Positions 27,109-40,419 of a DNA stretch of 64,000 bases are shown here, in pieces. The DNA lies in contig OZ037767.1 in NCBI GenBank assembly GCA_964035545.1, positions 19,360,628-19,424,627 of the forward strand, given 5' to 3'. Position numbers and translations under genes: made by a program. The stretch comes from Bugula neritina (taxonomy: Eukaryota > Animalia > Bryozoa). The notes beneath the pieces are model-generated. The model saw nothing but the letters and a program-made list of their open reading frames with translations. It made no database searches and was not told the DNA's origin. Within the stretch, counting starts at the first letter, position 1. Each line of letters opens with the position of its first letter.

Positions 27109-28569
27109 AGCTGCTGATGACTGAACCACGTGGCAATGAAATAAAAATGCTATATATAGTCTATAGAATATTCTAGTGAAACTATCAAGTTGCAGTGAAT
27201 ATATTATAGTATTATTTATTTCAATCAGCAATATAAACAATTCAGTGTAGTTTAGGCTACTGTTGCACATAATATTTTGGTTTATTTATTTAACCGGTTT
27301 ACTATTTAAGCAAACATATATTATTATATAGCCTTCTAGTACATATTATAGTTTCTTGCTATTTTGTATTAGCTGAGCACTTTAGGCATAGGTTTTATGT
27401 CTTATTATGTGATTTATTTATTATGCCAAATTTTGTAAATAAAGTATTACAATTACCACTAAAAATAGCTTGTAAATAAATATATAAGCACAGCCCATAC
27501 TTAATCATCGTATATTATGCTCAAAGTTATATTATGCTTATTTGAAAGAAGCATTATTTTGTCGCATCATAAATATGTATAATTCCCTCATTATTCATAT
27601 TGCAAATATATACTATGCGACTACTTTGCTACCTGTCTATAAAAGATGTAGTATGTAGTTATAATCTATTGCACGATTAGAAGTAAGCTGTTTATAATAA
27701 ATGTGAACGCACAAACTGCAACCACATGTAACTCACAGGGCATAATATACAAAACTTTTTTAGTAGAAAAGTATTGCAAGTTCTAGTAGAATTTATTATC
27801 ACAAAAGTTGTCTTACTTTAAAATGAAGCAGTTGGGTTTCAAATGCAAATACCAGATCAAAAACAGTTAATACAAAGTCAAGCCAAGCATCTGACTTTCA
27901 CTGCTTTTCCAAGCTTCTCATTCTGTAAAAATGAAAAATCCATTTGATGTAATGGAAGTACAGTGTTTAACAGTAGGCTATTTGTTTTATATAAAATGGT
28001 GTGCAGGTAAACAGTGGCTGTGTATAATATTTAGAGTTACCTGCTTTCTTCTCAGCATGTTAAAGAGTTGAGTCGGTGGTTATGGGAGAAACAAAACTTT
28101 TTTTTGGATATGCAGGGAGCTTCTTTATTATAAAATTCTTTCACCAATCAAAAATACATTTATTTTCTAGTCTTCCTCATACAGCTTATTTCTCATATAC
28201 AATTGAATAACCCCATAGAAAGCAAACTATTTCAACATCCATAAGCTGCCATGGCACGTTGACAAATCGTCCACACAGCTAAATAAAGCATCATTTAAAT
28301 ATCAGGGTATTCTATAATAGTTTAAAATGCAAACATTTTTTTATTATTTTTGTATATATAATAGTTTTATGTACGTGCATCTTTCTACCACCATATATAT
28401 AGTCCAGATAATGCAACATCTATATATAACCATGTCATTAGAAAATGTATATTTATATTATTAACATTTTTTCATTGCCATTAAGTAGAATTGCTACATC
28501 ATTTACAAAGTTCCCAGTTTAAAAGATATTGTCAGAAAGACATTGTTCTTCTGCATTCAGGTATTATAT

Positions 28570-28812
28570 ATGTGAGACGTAGGTGAACAATAGGTGAAAA
28601 GTAAGTGAAAGGTAAAAAGATGTAGGTGAGATGTAGGTGAGATGTAGGTAAGATGTAGACCTTGTGAGATGTAGGCGAAATGTAGGTGAGATGTAGGTGA
28701 GATGTATGTGAAAGGTATGTGAGAGGTAGGTGAGATGTAGGTGAGATGTAGGTGAGAGGTATAGTTGAGAGGTAGGTGAGATGTAGGTGAAAGGTAGGGA
28801 AGATGTATGTGA
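28570..28812. repeat. 11-bp tandem repeat (gtaggtgagat)n; paralog at ~33080-33315
   Basis: Roughly 20 degenerate copies. Confidence 0.9.
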
Positions 28813-29108
28813 TAAAAACCATTCTTAGAAAATTGAGTTTATTGTTATATGTATAATCTTTAGAAAATTGCCTTCTCATTACAAGCAATGTAAAAAAGCT
28901 GCTAGGTTATGACCCCAACTTTAAATTAATATATTTAAAATGGATAATTTCTTAAAAAGTATATATAGCACCTATATAGCACATATATGATGTGTCCTAT
29001 ACACAGCTTGTGCAAGTTTATAGTCACCATCTATGATGGAAAGAGCTTTTTTAAGTCAGAAAAAGAACTTAGTCATATGTGGCGCATAAGCAATTAAGAC
29101 GGCGTGCT

Positions 29109-29149
29109 TATATATATACATATATATATACATATATATATACATATAT

Positions 29150-29242
<93 letters not shown>
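29109..29242. repeat. (TA)n microsatellite
   Basis: Direct observation. Confidence 0.95.
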
Positions 29243-29245
<3 letters not shown>

Positions 29246-29622
29246 ACACATGGCGTATGATATCGCAATAGTTATATTTTAAACAGTGAGGAAAATGTTT
29301 TGGAAAATTAAAATGCATTTCAAGTTGATTGAATCATCTTTTAGCTAGCATGGTAACAGAAGTATATAATGCAACATATGGCACCAAGTATGATAAAAGA
29401 CTTGCGCATAGGTTGACTCTGCTCTAATTCAGACTAAATTATAAATGCATGGTATTCCCCAGCGTTCTATCACTATAAATTATTATTACATGCAATCTTT
29501 TCAACACGGTGCTATATATAAAGTGTGGTAACTTTGTGTGTTGAATGAAACCAAGTGCTGAACATATCTTTTTGTAAGAGAGAACAAGATGCAGGGTAGT
29601 CTTCAGTGATATCGATTTTTAT

Positions 29623-30375
29623 TGCAGAATAATATAGTGGTCTTGAACAGGCGAGCTCCATGCAGTAGTCGACTGAATCTACGCTAGAACTCGCCTGCTT
29701 TTGTACAGACAGGACAAAGAAACTCGCACACAAAAGAATCCTTTGGTGTCCGAAAATCGAGAGCCCGAAATGCCGATCCTCGGGACTTCGGAATTTCGGG
29801 ATTCTGAAATGCCGAACTTCGAGATTTCGGTATTTTGGCCTTTCGGGACTCTGACTTTCAGGCAACAAAATTTCAGTATCAGAATTACAACACATCGATA
29901 AAAGTTACATTAGAGGAGATAACTCTACATTATGAATTTCCACTACAGAAGCTAGCATAACCAAACTTCTACCACACATTGTCTAAAGTCTTATTGCCTT
30001 ATGATATGCATTGAACATCGCAATCTAACACACCCCCTATCGGAAAGCCTACTTTTCGGTTAAAAAAACAAAGCGATAAAACATGTATACATAAAAACTA
30101 GGGATATTGAGACATAGAAAAAGAAAATAATAAAAAACAATAATTGTATTAAAGCACACCACACCCTAATTCCTGGTGCGTTCCAACCGGTTGACCCGCC
30201 TCCTCAGTTGTATCAGCTCTTCTTCACACCGCCTCAGCTGCCGCCACATACGCCGCACCTCCCCTTCTAATGGGGACTGAGTCTGAGTGGTCGTGGTACT
30301 GCACCTCGTCTGCTTCTTGTTTGTTGCTGAGGGCTGGGGGCCCTTGCTGAGGGCTGGGGGCCCAGGTCCCCAACG
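29623..30375 (-). mobile_element. Duplicated Gypsy 3' end: LTR (29623-30030), polypurine tract (30031-30040) and end of 3' ORF
   Basis: TG...CA termini; atagggggtg on the minus strand abuts TGTTAG; homologous to 33324-34215. Confidence 0.7.
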
Positions 30376-30581
30376 TGGATTCACAGTAGTAGAGCTCCAA
30401 TTGAATTGCGCAACTATCTGAAAGCTAATCGAATGAAAACACCATTTCCCTGTTGACCAGTATAAAAGTAGCTGGCACTAGGCTGTCAATCATTCTCAAA
30501 CATTCAGTCGTACTGGTAGTAACTAGTCAACTAAAGACCGAAGCTCATTTCATTGGTGTAGTAACTACAATAGCTAATAGC

Positions 30582-31527
30582 ATGGAGATTAGAGGCCTGA
30601 TATTGTTTGCTTTGTCAGCAATCTTCTATGTAGAAGCTACTTCGGTAAGTTTCAACAGGTAGAGTTTAGGAATATTCAAACCTGTCACTATAGCAATAAA
30701 AAGATTTTCATCTCTCAACTTGAATTTGAATAGTTTTTCTTTACTTTTCAGGATCCAGTTGTGGCTACCCTGAAGTTAGATATAGAGAAGTTAATTCCTT
30801 TATTTCTCTCACAGGTGAGTTACAACACTCTTTGATTTGAAATTTTAAAAAGTGCAAAAACTTAAGATCTTGTTAAACATAGCAGCTCTTTTAAAATCAA
30901 TCTGCCATAAAATGCTGCTATCAAAACAAAAGCATAGGTTGAGGAAAAGTTTCAATTTGCAGAGTTATATAATTGCTTTTCATAGGTTTTAGAGAACTCA
31001 ACCACCTTAGAAGTGGAGATTAGAGTCAGTGATTTTCAACTAAAGAATGACGACAGTCAAGTTTCATCAACAACTAGTTCTTTGGTTGACCTTACGACAC
31101 CGACACCAGCAGCGGCAGCACCTGCAGGACCTCCAGCCCCTCCACCACTGTCACAGCTTCTACTAGCATCAGCACCAACAAATATAACCAACCAATGTGA
31201 GTATGCGGTCTATAGCTTTTCATGCATCTAAGAAAGTTTAGGTTTTTTAATGATTTAATGCAGTTTTAGTAAAGTTGCAAATACTCAAAAACTCGTTAAA
31301 ATTTTAGGAGGGACCTAGATTTTTATATTTATAGCTTACAATTGATTTTTGCACAGATGGTGTGTACAAGTATTTATATTAAAATTGTTAGTGTTTTCAC
31401 AATCATTGCAGTATGGTTTACATATTTTCCTTTAGCAAACTCATTTTCTGGAAATCCACCAATTGGAAGGCGAAGACGCAGTCTAAAGAACAACAAAAAA
31501 TTAAAAAATTTTCTTGCCGGTTTCTAG
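30582..31527 (+). CDS. pepG2, 142-aa secreted precursor: MEIRGLILFALSAIFYVEATS|DPVVATLKLDIEKLIPLFLSQ|VLENSTTLEV...SAPTNITNQ|SNSFSGNPPIGRRRRSLKNNKKLKNFLAGF*; exons 30582-30644, 30752-30814, 30986-31196, 31436-31527
   Basis: Tandem paralog of pepG1 with intact splice sites and frame. Confidence 0.9.
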
Positions 31528-33852
31528 AGCTGCTGATGACTGAACCACGTGGCAATGAAATCAAAATGCTCTATAGCCTATAGAATATTTTAATGAAACA
31601 GTCCAGTTGTTGTGAATATATTATAGCACTATTTATTTCAATCAGCAATTTAAACAATTTAGTGTAGTTTAGGCTACTGTTGCACATATTTTGGTTTATT
31701 TATTTATTCGTTTTACTATTTAAGCAAACATATATTATTATATAGCCTTCTAGTACATATTATAGTTTCTTGCTATTTTGTATTAGCTGAGCACTTTAGG
31801 CGTAGGTTTTATGTCTTATTATGTAATTTATCTATTATGCCAGATTTTGTAAATAAAGTATTACAATTACCACTAAAATAACTTGTAAATAAATAGATGA
31901 GCACAACCCATGCTTAAACATCGCATATTACGCTCTAAGTTATATTATGCTTATTTGAAAGAAGCATTATTTTGTTGCATCATAAATATGTATAATTCCC
32001 TCATCATTCATATTGCAAATATATATGCGACTACTTTGCCACCGGTTTGAACAAATTTATGCGTATCACAGAGTCCAATAGGTCAATCTGTCTATAAAAG
32101 ATGTAATATGTGGCTATAATCTATTGCACGATTAGAAGTAAGCTGTTTATAATAAATGTGAACACACAAACTCCAACCACATGTAACTCACAGAGCATAT
32201 ACGAAGCTTTTTTAGTAGAAAAGTATTGCAAGTTCTAATAGAATTTATTATCATGAAAGTTGTCTTACTTTAAAATGAAGCAGTTGGGTTTCAAATGCAA
32301 ATACCAAATCAAAAACAGTTAATACAAAGTCAATTAGCCAAGCATCTGACTTTCACTGTTTTTTTAAGCTCCTCATTATGTGAGAATGAACAATCCATTT
32401 GATGTTTGAAACAGTTGAATTGAATGAAACTCCAGCCATAAGTTCATGCAAACCAAAATCACAAATTCATTCATTTGAAGTAATGGATTTACAGTGTTTA
32501 ACAGTAGGCTATTTTTTTTATATAAAGTGGTGTGCAGGTAAGCAGTGGCTGTGTGAAGTGTTTAGAGTTACCTGTTTTCTTCTCAGCATGTTAAAGAGTT
32601 GAGTCGGTGGTTATGGGAGCAGTAAAACTTTTATTTGGATATGCAGGCAGCTTCTTTAATGTAACATTTTTTCACCAATGAAAATTACATTTATTTTTCT
32701 AGTCTTCTTTACACAGCTCATTTCTCATATGCAATTGAACAAACCCATGAAAAGCAAATTTTTTCAACCACCATAAGCTGCCATGACACATTAACAAATC
32801 ATCCACACAGCTAAATAAAGCGTCATTGAAATATCAGGGTAACCTCTTATAGTTTAAAATGCAAACAGATTTATTACTGTTATATATATAATAGTTTGAT
32901 GTACGTGTGTCTTTTTACCACCATATATATAATGCAACAGCTATATGTAACCATGTCATTAGAAAATGTATATTTATATTATTAACATTTTTTCATTGCC
33001 ATTAAGTAGAGTTGCTACATCATTTACAAAGTTCCCAGTATAAAAGATATTTTCAGAAAGACATTTTTCTTCTGCATTCAGGTATATGTGAAAAGTAGGT
33101 GAACAATAGGTGAAAAGTAAGTGAAAGTTGGGAAGATGTAGGTGAGATGTAGGTAAGATGTAGACCCTGTGAGATGTAGGCGAATTGTAGGTGAGATGTA
33201 GGTGAGAGATAAGTGAGATGTAGGTGAAAGGTATGTGATATGTAGGTAAGATGTATGTGAGAAGTAGGTGAGATGTAGGTGAAAGGTAGGTCAGATGTAG
33301 GCGAGATGTAGGTGAATTTTTATTGCAGAATAATATAGTGGTCTTGAACAGGCAAGCTTTAGTGGTAAACTAAATCTACACTGGAACTCGCCTGCTTTTA
33401 TACATACAAGACAAAGAAACTCGCACACAAAAGAATTTTTTGTTGTTCAAAAATCGAGAGCCCGAAATGCCGATTGTCGGATTTTCGAGAGTCCGAAACG
33501 TCGAATTTTGGGATTTCGAATTTTTGGGTTTCTTAAATGCCAAACTTCGAGATTTCGGTACTTCGGCCTTTTGGGACTCTGATATCCGGGCAACAAAGTT
33601 TCAGTATCAGAACTGCTATATATCGATTAAAGTTACATTAGAGGAGATAACTCTACATTATGAATTTCTACTACTCACACCCTCTAATGGAAAGCCTACT
33701 TTCCGATAAAAAAACAAAGCGATAAAACATGTATACATAAAAACTAGAGCTATTGAGACATAAAGAAAAAGAATAAAAAACAATAATTGTATTAAAGCAC
33801 ACCACACACCCATCACCAGTGCATATATAGATGTAAACTGTCAAAAATGTTG

Positions 33853-35700
33853 CTAACTGCGCCTCTCATTTCTGGTGCGTTCCAACCGGTTGACCCGCCT
33901 TCTCAGTTGTGTCAACTCCTCTTCACACCGCCTCAGCTGCCGCCACATATGCCGCACCTCCTCTTCTAATGGTGACTGAGTCTGAGTGGTCGTGGTACTG
34001 CACCTCGTCTGCTTCTTGCCCGTTGCTGAGGGTAAGGGGCCTATGTCCGGTACATTGGGCCTGGCATCTACACTGACCCGTGCCAGCATGACCCGAAGAG
34101 GCTTTGTGGCCGCCGGTTTGTGAGCAGCGACGGGCTCCTCCTCATTTTTTTGCTCAGGCCAGCACACTGAGAACCTCTGGGCAAGAGAGGCTCGTTTACG
34201 GTGGTCCCCAACGTGTGGCAGATCTAGGTCCCAGAATTCGGAAACGTGGCCTCGTCCACCACTAACGTTGTGCTAGTGTGGCAGCGTGATATGCGCTGAT
34301 GGCGCAGCAGGTAATCCCGCTGATAAGACAATTTGCCACATGGGCAAAATACATTGACAAAATGCTGAGGGGCGTGTACCCGCAGCTGTCATGTGGAGGA
34401 AAACTTCCTCCGACACTGCTGGAAAATAGGGTTGCCCGACTTGCCACAAGCTGTGTCTACCCGGAGGTTATTATTCCGAGACACCCAGTACTGGCAGGTG
34501 ACCAAGACCTGAGGTAGAGCCAGCGCTGGGGAGACTTCTTCCTTTTCCAAGGAGAGCTCACTGAGCAGCATGCCCGGGTCTTCATCTGCGGCTAACTGGA
34601 GCTTGACAGATTTGGAGACATGGCCACTAGCGGTTGTGAGAAACTCCTCTGTGACGTAAGCTGCGCCCTTTGAGCTGCTGGGAGACGAATCAGGAGCCTG
34701 GGTAGAAGGGGAGTCGATACGACTCGCTTTCACCTTCTCGCACTCTATAGCAGTACCTACAACATTCAGTAGAGGTCGTGTATGGCCGGTCTTACTGTCG
34801 TCGAAATGGTGCCCTGTGAGAAACCGGGGGTCGCTGTGAATCACAGAGAGTGACTGACCCCACATCTTAATCTAACATGAAATCATAGAGAGTCATTTCC
34901 GAGATCCATGTCAACCTCAGGCTCTAACAGAGCAGACTCAAATGAATTTAGTGTCGACCAATTAATAGTATTTGGGTTAGACTCTTATACTGGAGGATCT
35001 AACCCTAACCCTTAACCAAATACCCTGCTGACTGGAAGTTTCTTCGAGCAGAATTATTCTCATATCATAGAAATTGGAATCAATTTAATTACTAAGAAAA
35101 TTAGAAACGCGTCTGTTTGCCGTGAAATTACTAACTGAAATGGCCGAGCCTGGTGTTTCAAACTTTTTACGTGCCGACTCTTCGGTCACGTGGCCAGCCA
35201 GAATTTCCATCGAGTTTTGAAGAGACAACTCTGATAATCGCGTGCCCTCCAAAATTCGGTTCAGCATTTCTTCTTTGGTGGACTTCTCCGGATTATTGGA
35301 AGGCATTTCCAACCAAAAGAGGGTAGTTGTCCGTACTAGATAGACTACCCTTCCGAGAAGGCAACTTTGGATGCCCTACACAATAGTCAGCCAGATATCT
35401 GGGTGGTCTTCTGTCTCTCTGGCTCCTTCCTAGAGAGACTGGCTATTGTGGTGTTGGTGGCTCTTTAATTACCAAGGTAGGGGCGTCCCTGCCTTCACCC
35501 GTACTTTGGTAAAGGTGCTGGCCCTGGGGTCTGCTGCTGTCTGTGTTGCTGCTGCTGCTGTCGTTCTTGTCGTTGTTGCTGTTCCAGCAGGGAAGACTGT
35601 TTTTGCTCTGGTCTCCTCCGGACAAAGATTTCTACTTCCCTGGGTTATTCTTGGGTTATTTTTGAGTTATTCTTGAGTTATTCTTCCCCGATGGTTAGGT
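33853..35700 (-). pseudogene. Gypsy 3' extra coding region with two C2H2-like zinc fingers and a terminal coiled coil
   Basis: FQQCRRKFSST*QLRVHAPQH and CPCGKLSYQRDYLLRHQRISRCH in one frame (~34425-34277); LEEEVRHMWRQLRRCEEELTQLRRRVNRLE near the end. Confidence 0.6.
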
Positions 35701-37314
35701 TGGCAGTTAGGCTTCAAGAGGGGTGGAGCCTGGCCTACCGCGTCCAAGCTGACATGGTATGATTTCAAGCGCTGCTCGCTTGATTGAAATCTGCCCAGAG
35801 CGCTCCACTTGGTTTGTGTAGTTGGGCAGCACTTTCACCACACATTAGGGACCCACGAATTTGGGCTGAAGCTTAACCGACTGTCCGCGTCCTCGACGAT
35901 AGCTCACCATAAAGACCCAGTCTCCCACCTGGTATAAGGGAGGTTACTCTGAGTCTTCTGTCCGGATCTGTCACTGTTGTGCTCGCAATGCATCATGAGC
36001 CTTGCCAATGATTTCTACTAGCTTCTTCACAAACTCATGTACTGGGAACTCGAGAGCTGGAACATGGTATGCTAGGTGGTCCGGAACCGGTGTCTCCCGG
36101 CTTAACATCAGAAAGTTTGAGATCTCCTGTGCACTGGAGTGCGGCAGCACCACATCCTATTCCTTCTGGCCTCGGCTTAAAAGCAGGCTCCTGAGAGCGT
36201 CACCCAACATCCTGTTTTTTCCTTGACTCCGTTCTCTTTCGGGTGATATAGGGTGGTCCAACTTTGATTCCCCCTCCATATTTGGCAGAGGTCTCCCATG
36301 AGCTGGGACTGGAACTGGGCCCTCTGGTGTGTATGTATCTGCTTCAGTAGCCTGAAGTAACAGAGTACATAATGATCCAACACAGTTAGTTTAAAGTCAT
36401 AACTTTCCAGATTCAGGCACTGCTTTATGTTATATATAAACAGTTTCCAAGGGATAACTCAAACAGTTTCTGTCTCAGATTAACAAACTATATATGAACA
36501 GATAGCTCTTTCATTCCTCTTTCATATAATCTTTTAATTTTTAAAAAAAAACTTGTTGATAAAGTTTTTACATAATAAGTAAAATTTTACACCCACCATG
36601 TCCCACTGCTGTAGCATAGGGGATTCATTTTATTAGGTCTAAAATTCAAACTTGACGTTCCTTGATATGTTTTTTTCTGATATACTTTTTTTCTTTTTTG
36701 AAATTTTGTTTATGCTCTTCACAATTTGGTCTAAACGTACACCATTTTACAAGTTTCATTGTATTTATCTAGACTCTTTGTATGGTGATTTTGGCTACGC
36801 TCTTGTGACTAATTATCATTTTCCTAGTACATTTGCCGCTCTGCACATCACAATAACATAGTACCCTCTCATGCTTATTGGCAATCTATTGGCATTTTTC
36901 CAATATAATGTTACTTATTTTACATTAGCACTGGTGGGCATTTTCTCACCATGTTATATTATATTTATTGAAAATGCTTCAGCACAACATAATTATTGGT
37001 TTGTTTGGCAGACTTAATTCCAGCTTAATTATCCACCCACTTCCTTTTACAGTCTTGTCAGTAAGTATCTGTCTATAGCGCAGCAGGTGTACTTTCAGTT
37101 TCTCAAATCCACATATATTTCAAGTACATCATATTCCATAAAACCGATTTAAGGTTAAGCCCAGTGTTCAGTATCAAATTGGTATGCATGTATGTATATT
37201 GTCTATCTGTTAAATTAAAAGTTAAAGAAATTCTACAGCTATAGCCATATTTACCCCATCACCATGATTACACATTTGAATGTGTAGCATTTGCATGAGT
37301 TCATGGAAAAAAAT

Positions 37315-37390
37315 TATGCTGAGGCAAGGGGCCGAACCTTGTCTTACAGTGAGCTAACCAGCGCCCTTAATCTTTGGACCACACAGGCTT
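37315..37390 (-). other. Degenerate tRNA-like/SINE head inside the CACAG element
   Basis: tggtccaaagattaagggcgctgg...ggttcggcccc resembles A and B boxes. Confidence 0.35.
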
Positions 37391-38629
37391 TGCTAAAATT
37401 CAAAGCACTATTTAAGTAACAATCATTACATAAATATCTGGAGGCACAGATGGGTATACAATTATTGTGTGTTGACTAGCAGTGGATAGCTGCCGATGAT
37501 CTTGAATAACTAACCCAAAAGTTGAAAAATAAGTAGCCTGCATATTACTAGCTACAAAAATATGTCTGAAATAGACCGGTATAGCATGCTCTTGTCTACT
37601 AGAGTTTGCAGTTATGCTCCAAAATATAGATTAAACTGTATGCTATTACATAAGCTAATGCTTGCAAAAATGTGAAGACAATACTGAGTTTGAGGAAAAC
37701 AACAACTAGAAGTAAACTTTGACAATAGTGTGTTATTTTCTTCATACAGTAGCACGCGAAGGGCCTATACTCTATAGCATAACTCTCTAATCATATGAAT
37801 CTTTATGAAGCCCACAGGTCATGTAAGGGTGGCAATGTAATTTAAAACTAAAAATTCGGTTGCTGATTTGTGTTTAAGGTATGTTATGGGGAAAAATTTG
37901 GTTTTAGTAGCTTACCCCAACGGCATTCCACAATGCAGCCCATATGCTAGCAGTTATAAGTACTCATAATAGCAAATTTACTATAGCACAGCTAGCTCTG
38001 TGAAGTATGTAACCTCTTGAATAATTTGGCCAATTTTTAACTACTGGAAATTTGCCAAGTTATCATATCGTAGCATAAGCCACCGGAGGCAAAGCATCAT
38101 AGCTACTCATATAATATTATACTAATGCACTTGGTAGCAGATTGGCTAATCAAATAATCTCTTATAGTTCAACACCCTTTACTTAGCGAATACAGCTTTT
38201 TTATAGGTTTACATAACAAACCATAAAAATATCTAAACTGATATTCTAATAATTTCGAGGTACATTTTGAAAACTAGGCTAATTGCATTTGTTTGCCCAA
38301 CAACAATAATAAAATATATATTATGCAATATAATAAAAAACACATGATATTATATAATATAATATTATAATGATAATAATATAATATTACAGGTACCATT
38401 ACTGCATGTTACAACTCGGATGGTTGCCAAAGAAATCTATCACACCAATTCTGTAGTTACATCAAAAATTATAATAAGAAAATAGAACTTATAGCTAGGC
38501 AGCAGATTGGATTAGAGTAGATTCCTAAAACATGAAATCATGATCTTATTTAGACCAACCAACTTAGGAATCTAAGATTGGGTTTTAGCTTTTGAGCCAG
38601 CAAAACTGGCAGTTGTATAAGCAAAGTTA

Positions 38630-39423
38630 AACGGGCTTTCCATGGATCGATCTCAAATCAATCCTAGCGAGACCGATCTGAGAAATGTGCTCAGATCGAT
38701 CATTTTTACATGAGAGTTTCAGATCGATCTCTCGGAGTTGCGTCCTTTTAAGTGAAGAATACTTTACTAGTATAATTTTTTTACCCAACTGAGTGATGAA
38801 AGCTACTCTACTGCTGTTGAAAAACAAAATTTCCATAGTCTAAAATTTAACGTCAGCTATAAACTCTGAGCAGTGAAGCTTTTAATATGAAGTAATTTGG
38901 CCAATTTAATATAATTAATTTTAATATTTTAGCTTGACAGCTTATATAAAATTAATAGCTGTTGTGCAGATTATTCATAAACTTACGGGACTATTAGGCT
39001 TAAAATTACGCAGCAAATAACTAATGACAGTGCGTTATACTAGTCGTTTAAATTCAATTTAAATGCTCCTACTTTTTCTATCTTCTACCATCTATAATTT
39101 TACATAATTAAGTTTTCTTAATCATTGTACTGAAAGTCAAAGTTTTGCCATCTGAAAAGGTGGCTATCTTAATTATTAAGTACTTTGCTTAGTAATTAAC
39201 AATAAGTTATCATTTTTATTAGCAGACAACATTTTAGCGAGCAGTCATTTTTCTACTTCTCGGATCAATCTTTCGTCTTTCCATGGTCTTATTGCCTTGA
39301 GATCGATCTGAGTTTGAGATCTACAAACTGACCAGCTCAGAACAATTGAGATTGATTTTTGCCATCTTTCCATGGATCAATCTCGCTGAGATCGATCTGA
39401 GATTGGTACATGGAAAGTCGGTG
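38630..39423. mobile_element. Nested MITE with imperfect ~48-bp TIRs rich in GATC palindromes
   Basis: ctttccatggatcgatctc... at the left and ...gagattggtacatggaaag at the right; TSD not resolved. Confidence 0.65.
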
Positions 39424-40419
39424 ATAGTGAAGCGAGACTAATGAGCACTCAAATACAAGGCATATCGAGATACAATAAAAAGTCAGGAGTGTATAAATTA
39501 GAAAGAATGTGGAAGGGGGACTATGTTTTTCAACAAGCTATATAACATAAACATGAATTGGCTTTTGAAAAAATTAAAAAAGTATATTGGAGAACATAAG
39601 TTTTTTTATTTTTCATACTTTTTCTGTTCCTGTGACATTCAACCTGTTCGAGCTACCAGTAGAACATTGTTCATATAGAGTGTAAAGCACCTGGCAAAGA
39701 GCCAGAAACTCAAAAAGCATGACCTTAAACTAACTGTGAAGACCCAGGCCACTGTGGGAGCCGACACATCCGGAATAGCCAAGGTGTCTGCCCACCAAGG
39801 GAAATGGTCCGTGAGCACCAGTATCCAGGTGTTCCCTCTGGCGGATAACGACATAGGCCCAATGAGGGCCACCGCCACTACTTGCCACGGTCGACCAGCG
39901 TACAGCCGGCATCGACCAGTGGTTTCCATAAGGTGGCTATACTTACTAACTTGGCAGACCTCGTATTGTCGTACTCGCAGCCGTACATTCCGAGTCATTC
40001 CGGACCAGTACTAACGCAGCTGCAGACACCTGATGACCTAACTGGCTCCAACATGCTATTGTTTATAGGTGTCCCAGATCAGGTCACGTCGGATGGCCCG
40101 TGGACAGACGACGCAGTCTCTTTTGCTGATGATTGTCAACTGTTAGCGTGAGCATCAGGAGGCCGTCAGGACTGACCTTGAGGGAATCCCAGCACTGACA
40201 GAGGAGTTGGAATTCAACGTCTCCCTGCCGATGCTGTTCTTTGTTAGATCATCAGCCTTCCTTCTTGGCTCGAAATATGTCCTCATACAGTGTGGGGTTG
40301 GCACGAAGTGCCTGGACGTCATCTGGGTACGTTTCGGTCCAAAGATGGCCGTGCTCCCACCGATAGACGGCGCCCTTCCTTAACTCTGTCGTGATGTCAA
40401 GGCGAGCGGGTCCCCCGTC

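Larger units (their letters stand above)
26003..34215 (+). repeat. Tandem duplication, units 26003-30375 and 30376-~34215, each with a pepG gene, an 11-mer repeat and the Gypsy 3' end
   Basis: Both units start tggattcacagta; unit 1 ends ggtccccaacg, matching 34203-34213. Confidence 0.9.
36381..39738. mobile_element. Non-autonomous CACAG-ended DNA transposon (CMC/EnSpm-like), 3358 bp
   Basis: 20-bp TIR CACAGTTAGTTTAA(A/G)GTCAT; 2-bp TSD AA (36379-80, 39739-40); no transposase ORF seen. Confidence 0.85.
35750..40100 (-). pseudogene. Gypsy integrase, split by the 36381-39738 insertion
   Basis: Removing the insert and one AA restores APTVAWV-LDHYVLCYFRLLKQIHTHQRAQFQSQLM; C-terminal YQVGDWV and GPY/F-like motif. 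Confidence 0.9.

Noticed and set aside
28570-28812. CRISPR-like array
   Set aside because: Contiguous 11-mer repeats without unique spacers, in a eukaryotic context with no cas genes.
29623-33677. LTR pair enclosing pepG2 as a gene-capturing retroelement
   Set aside because: Both LTRs are followed by a PPT and the same internal 3' sequence, pepG2 retains introns, and the tandem duplication explains the layout.
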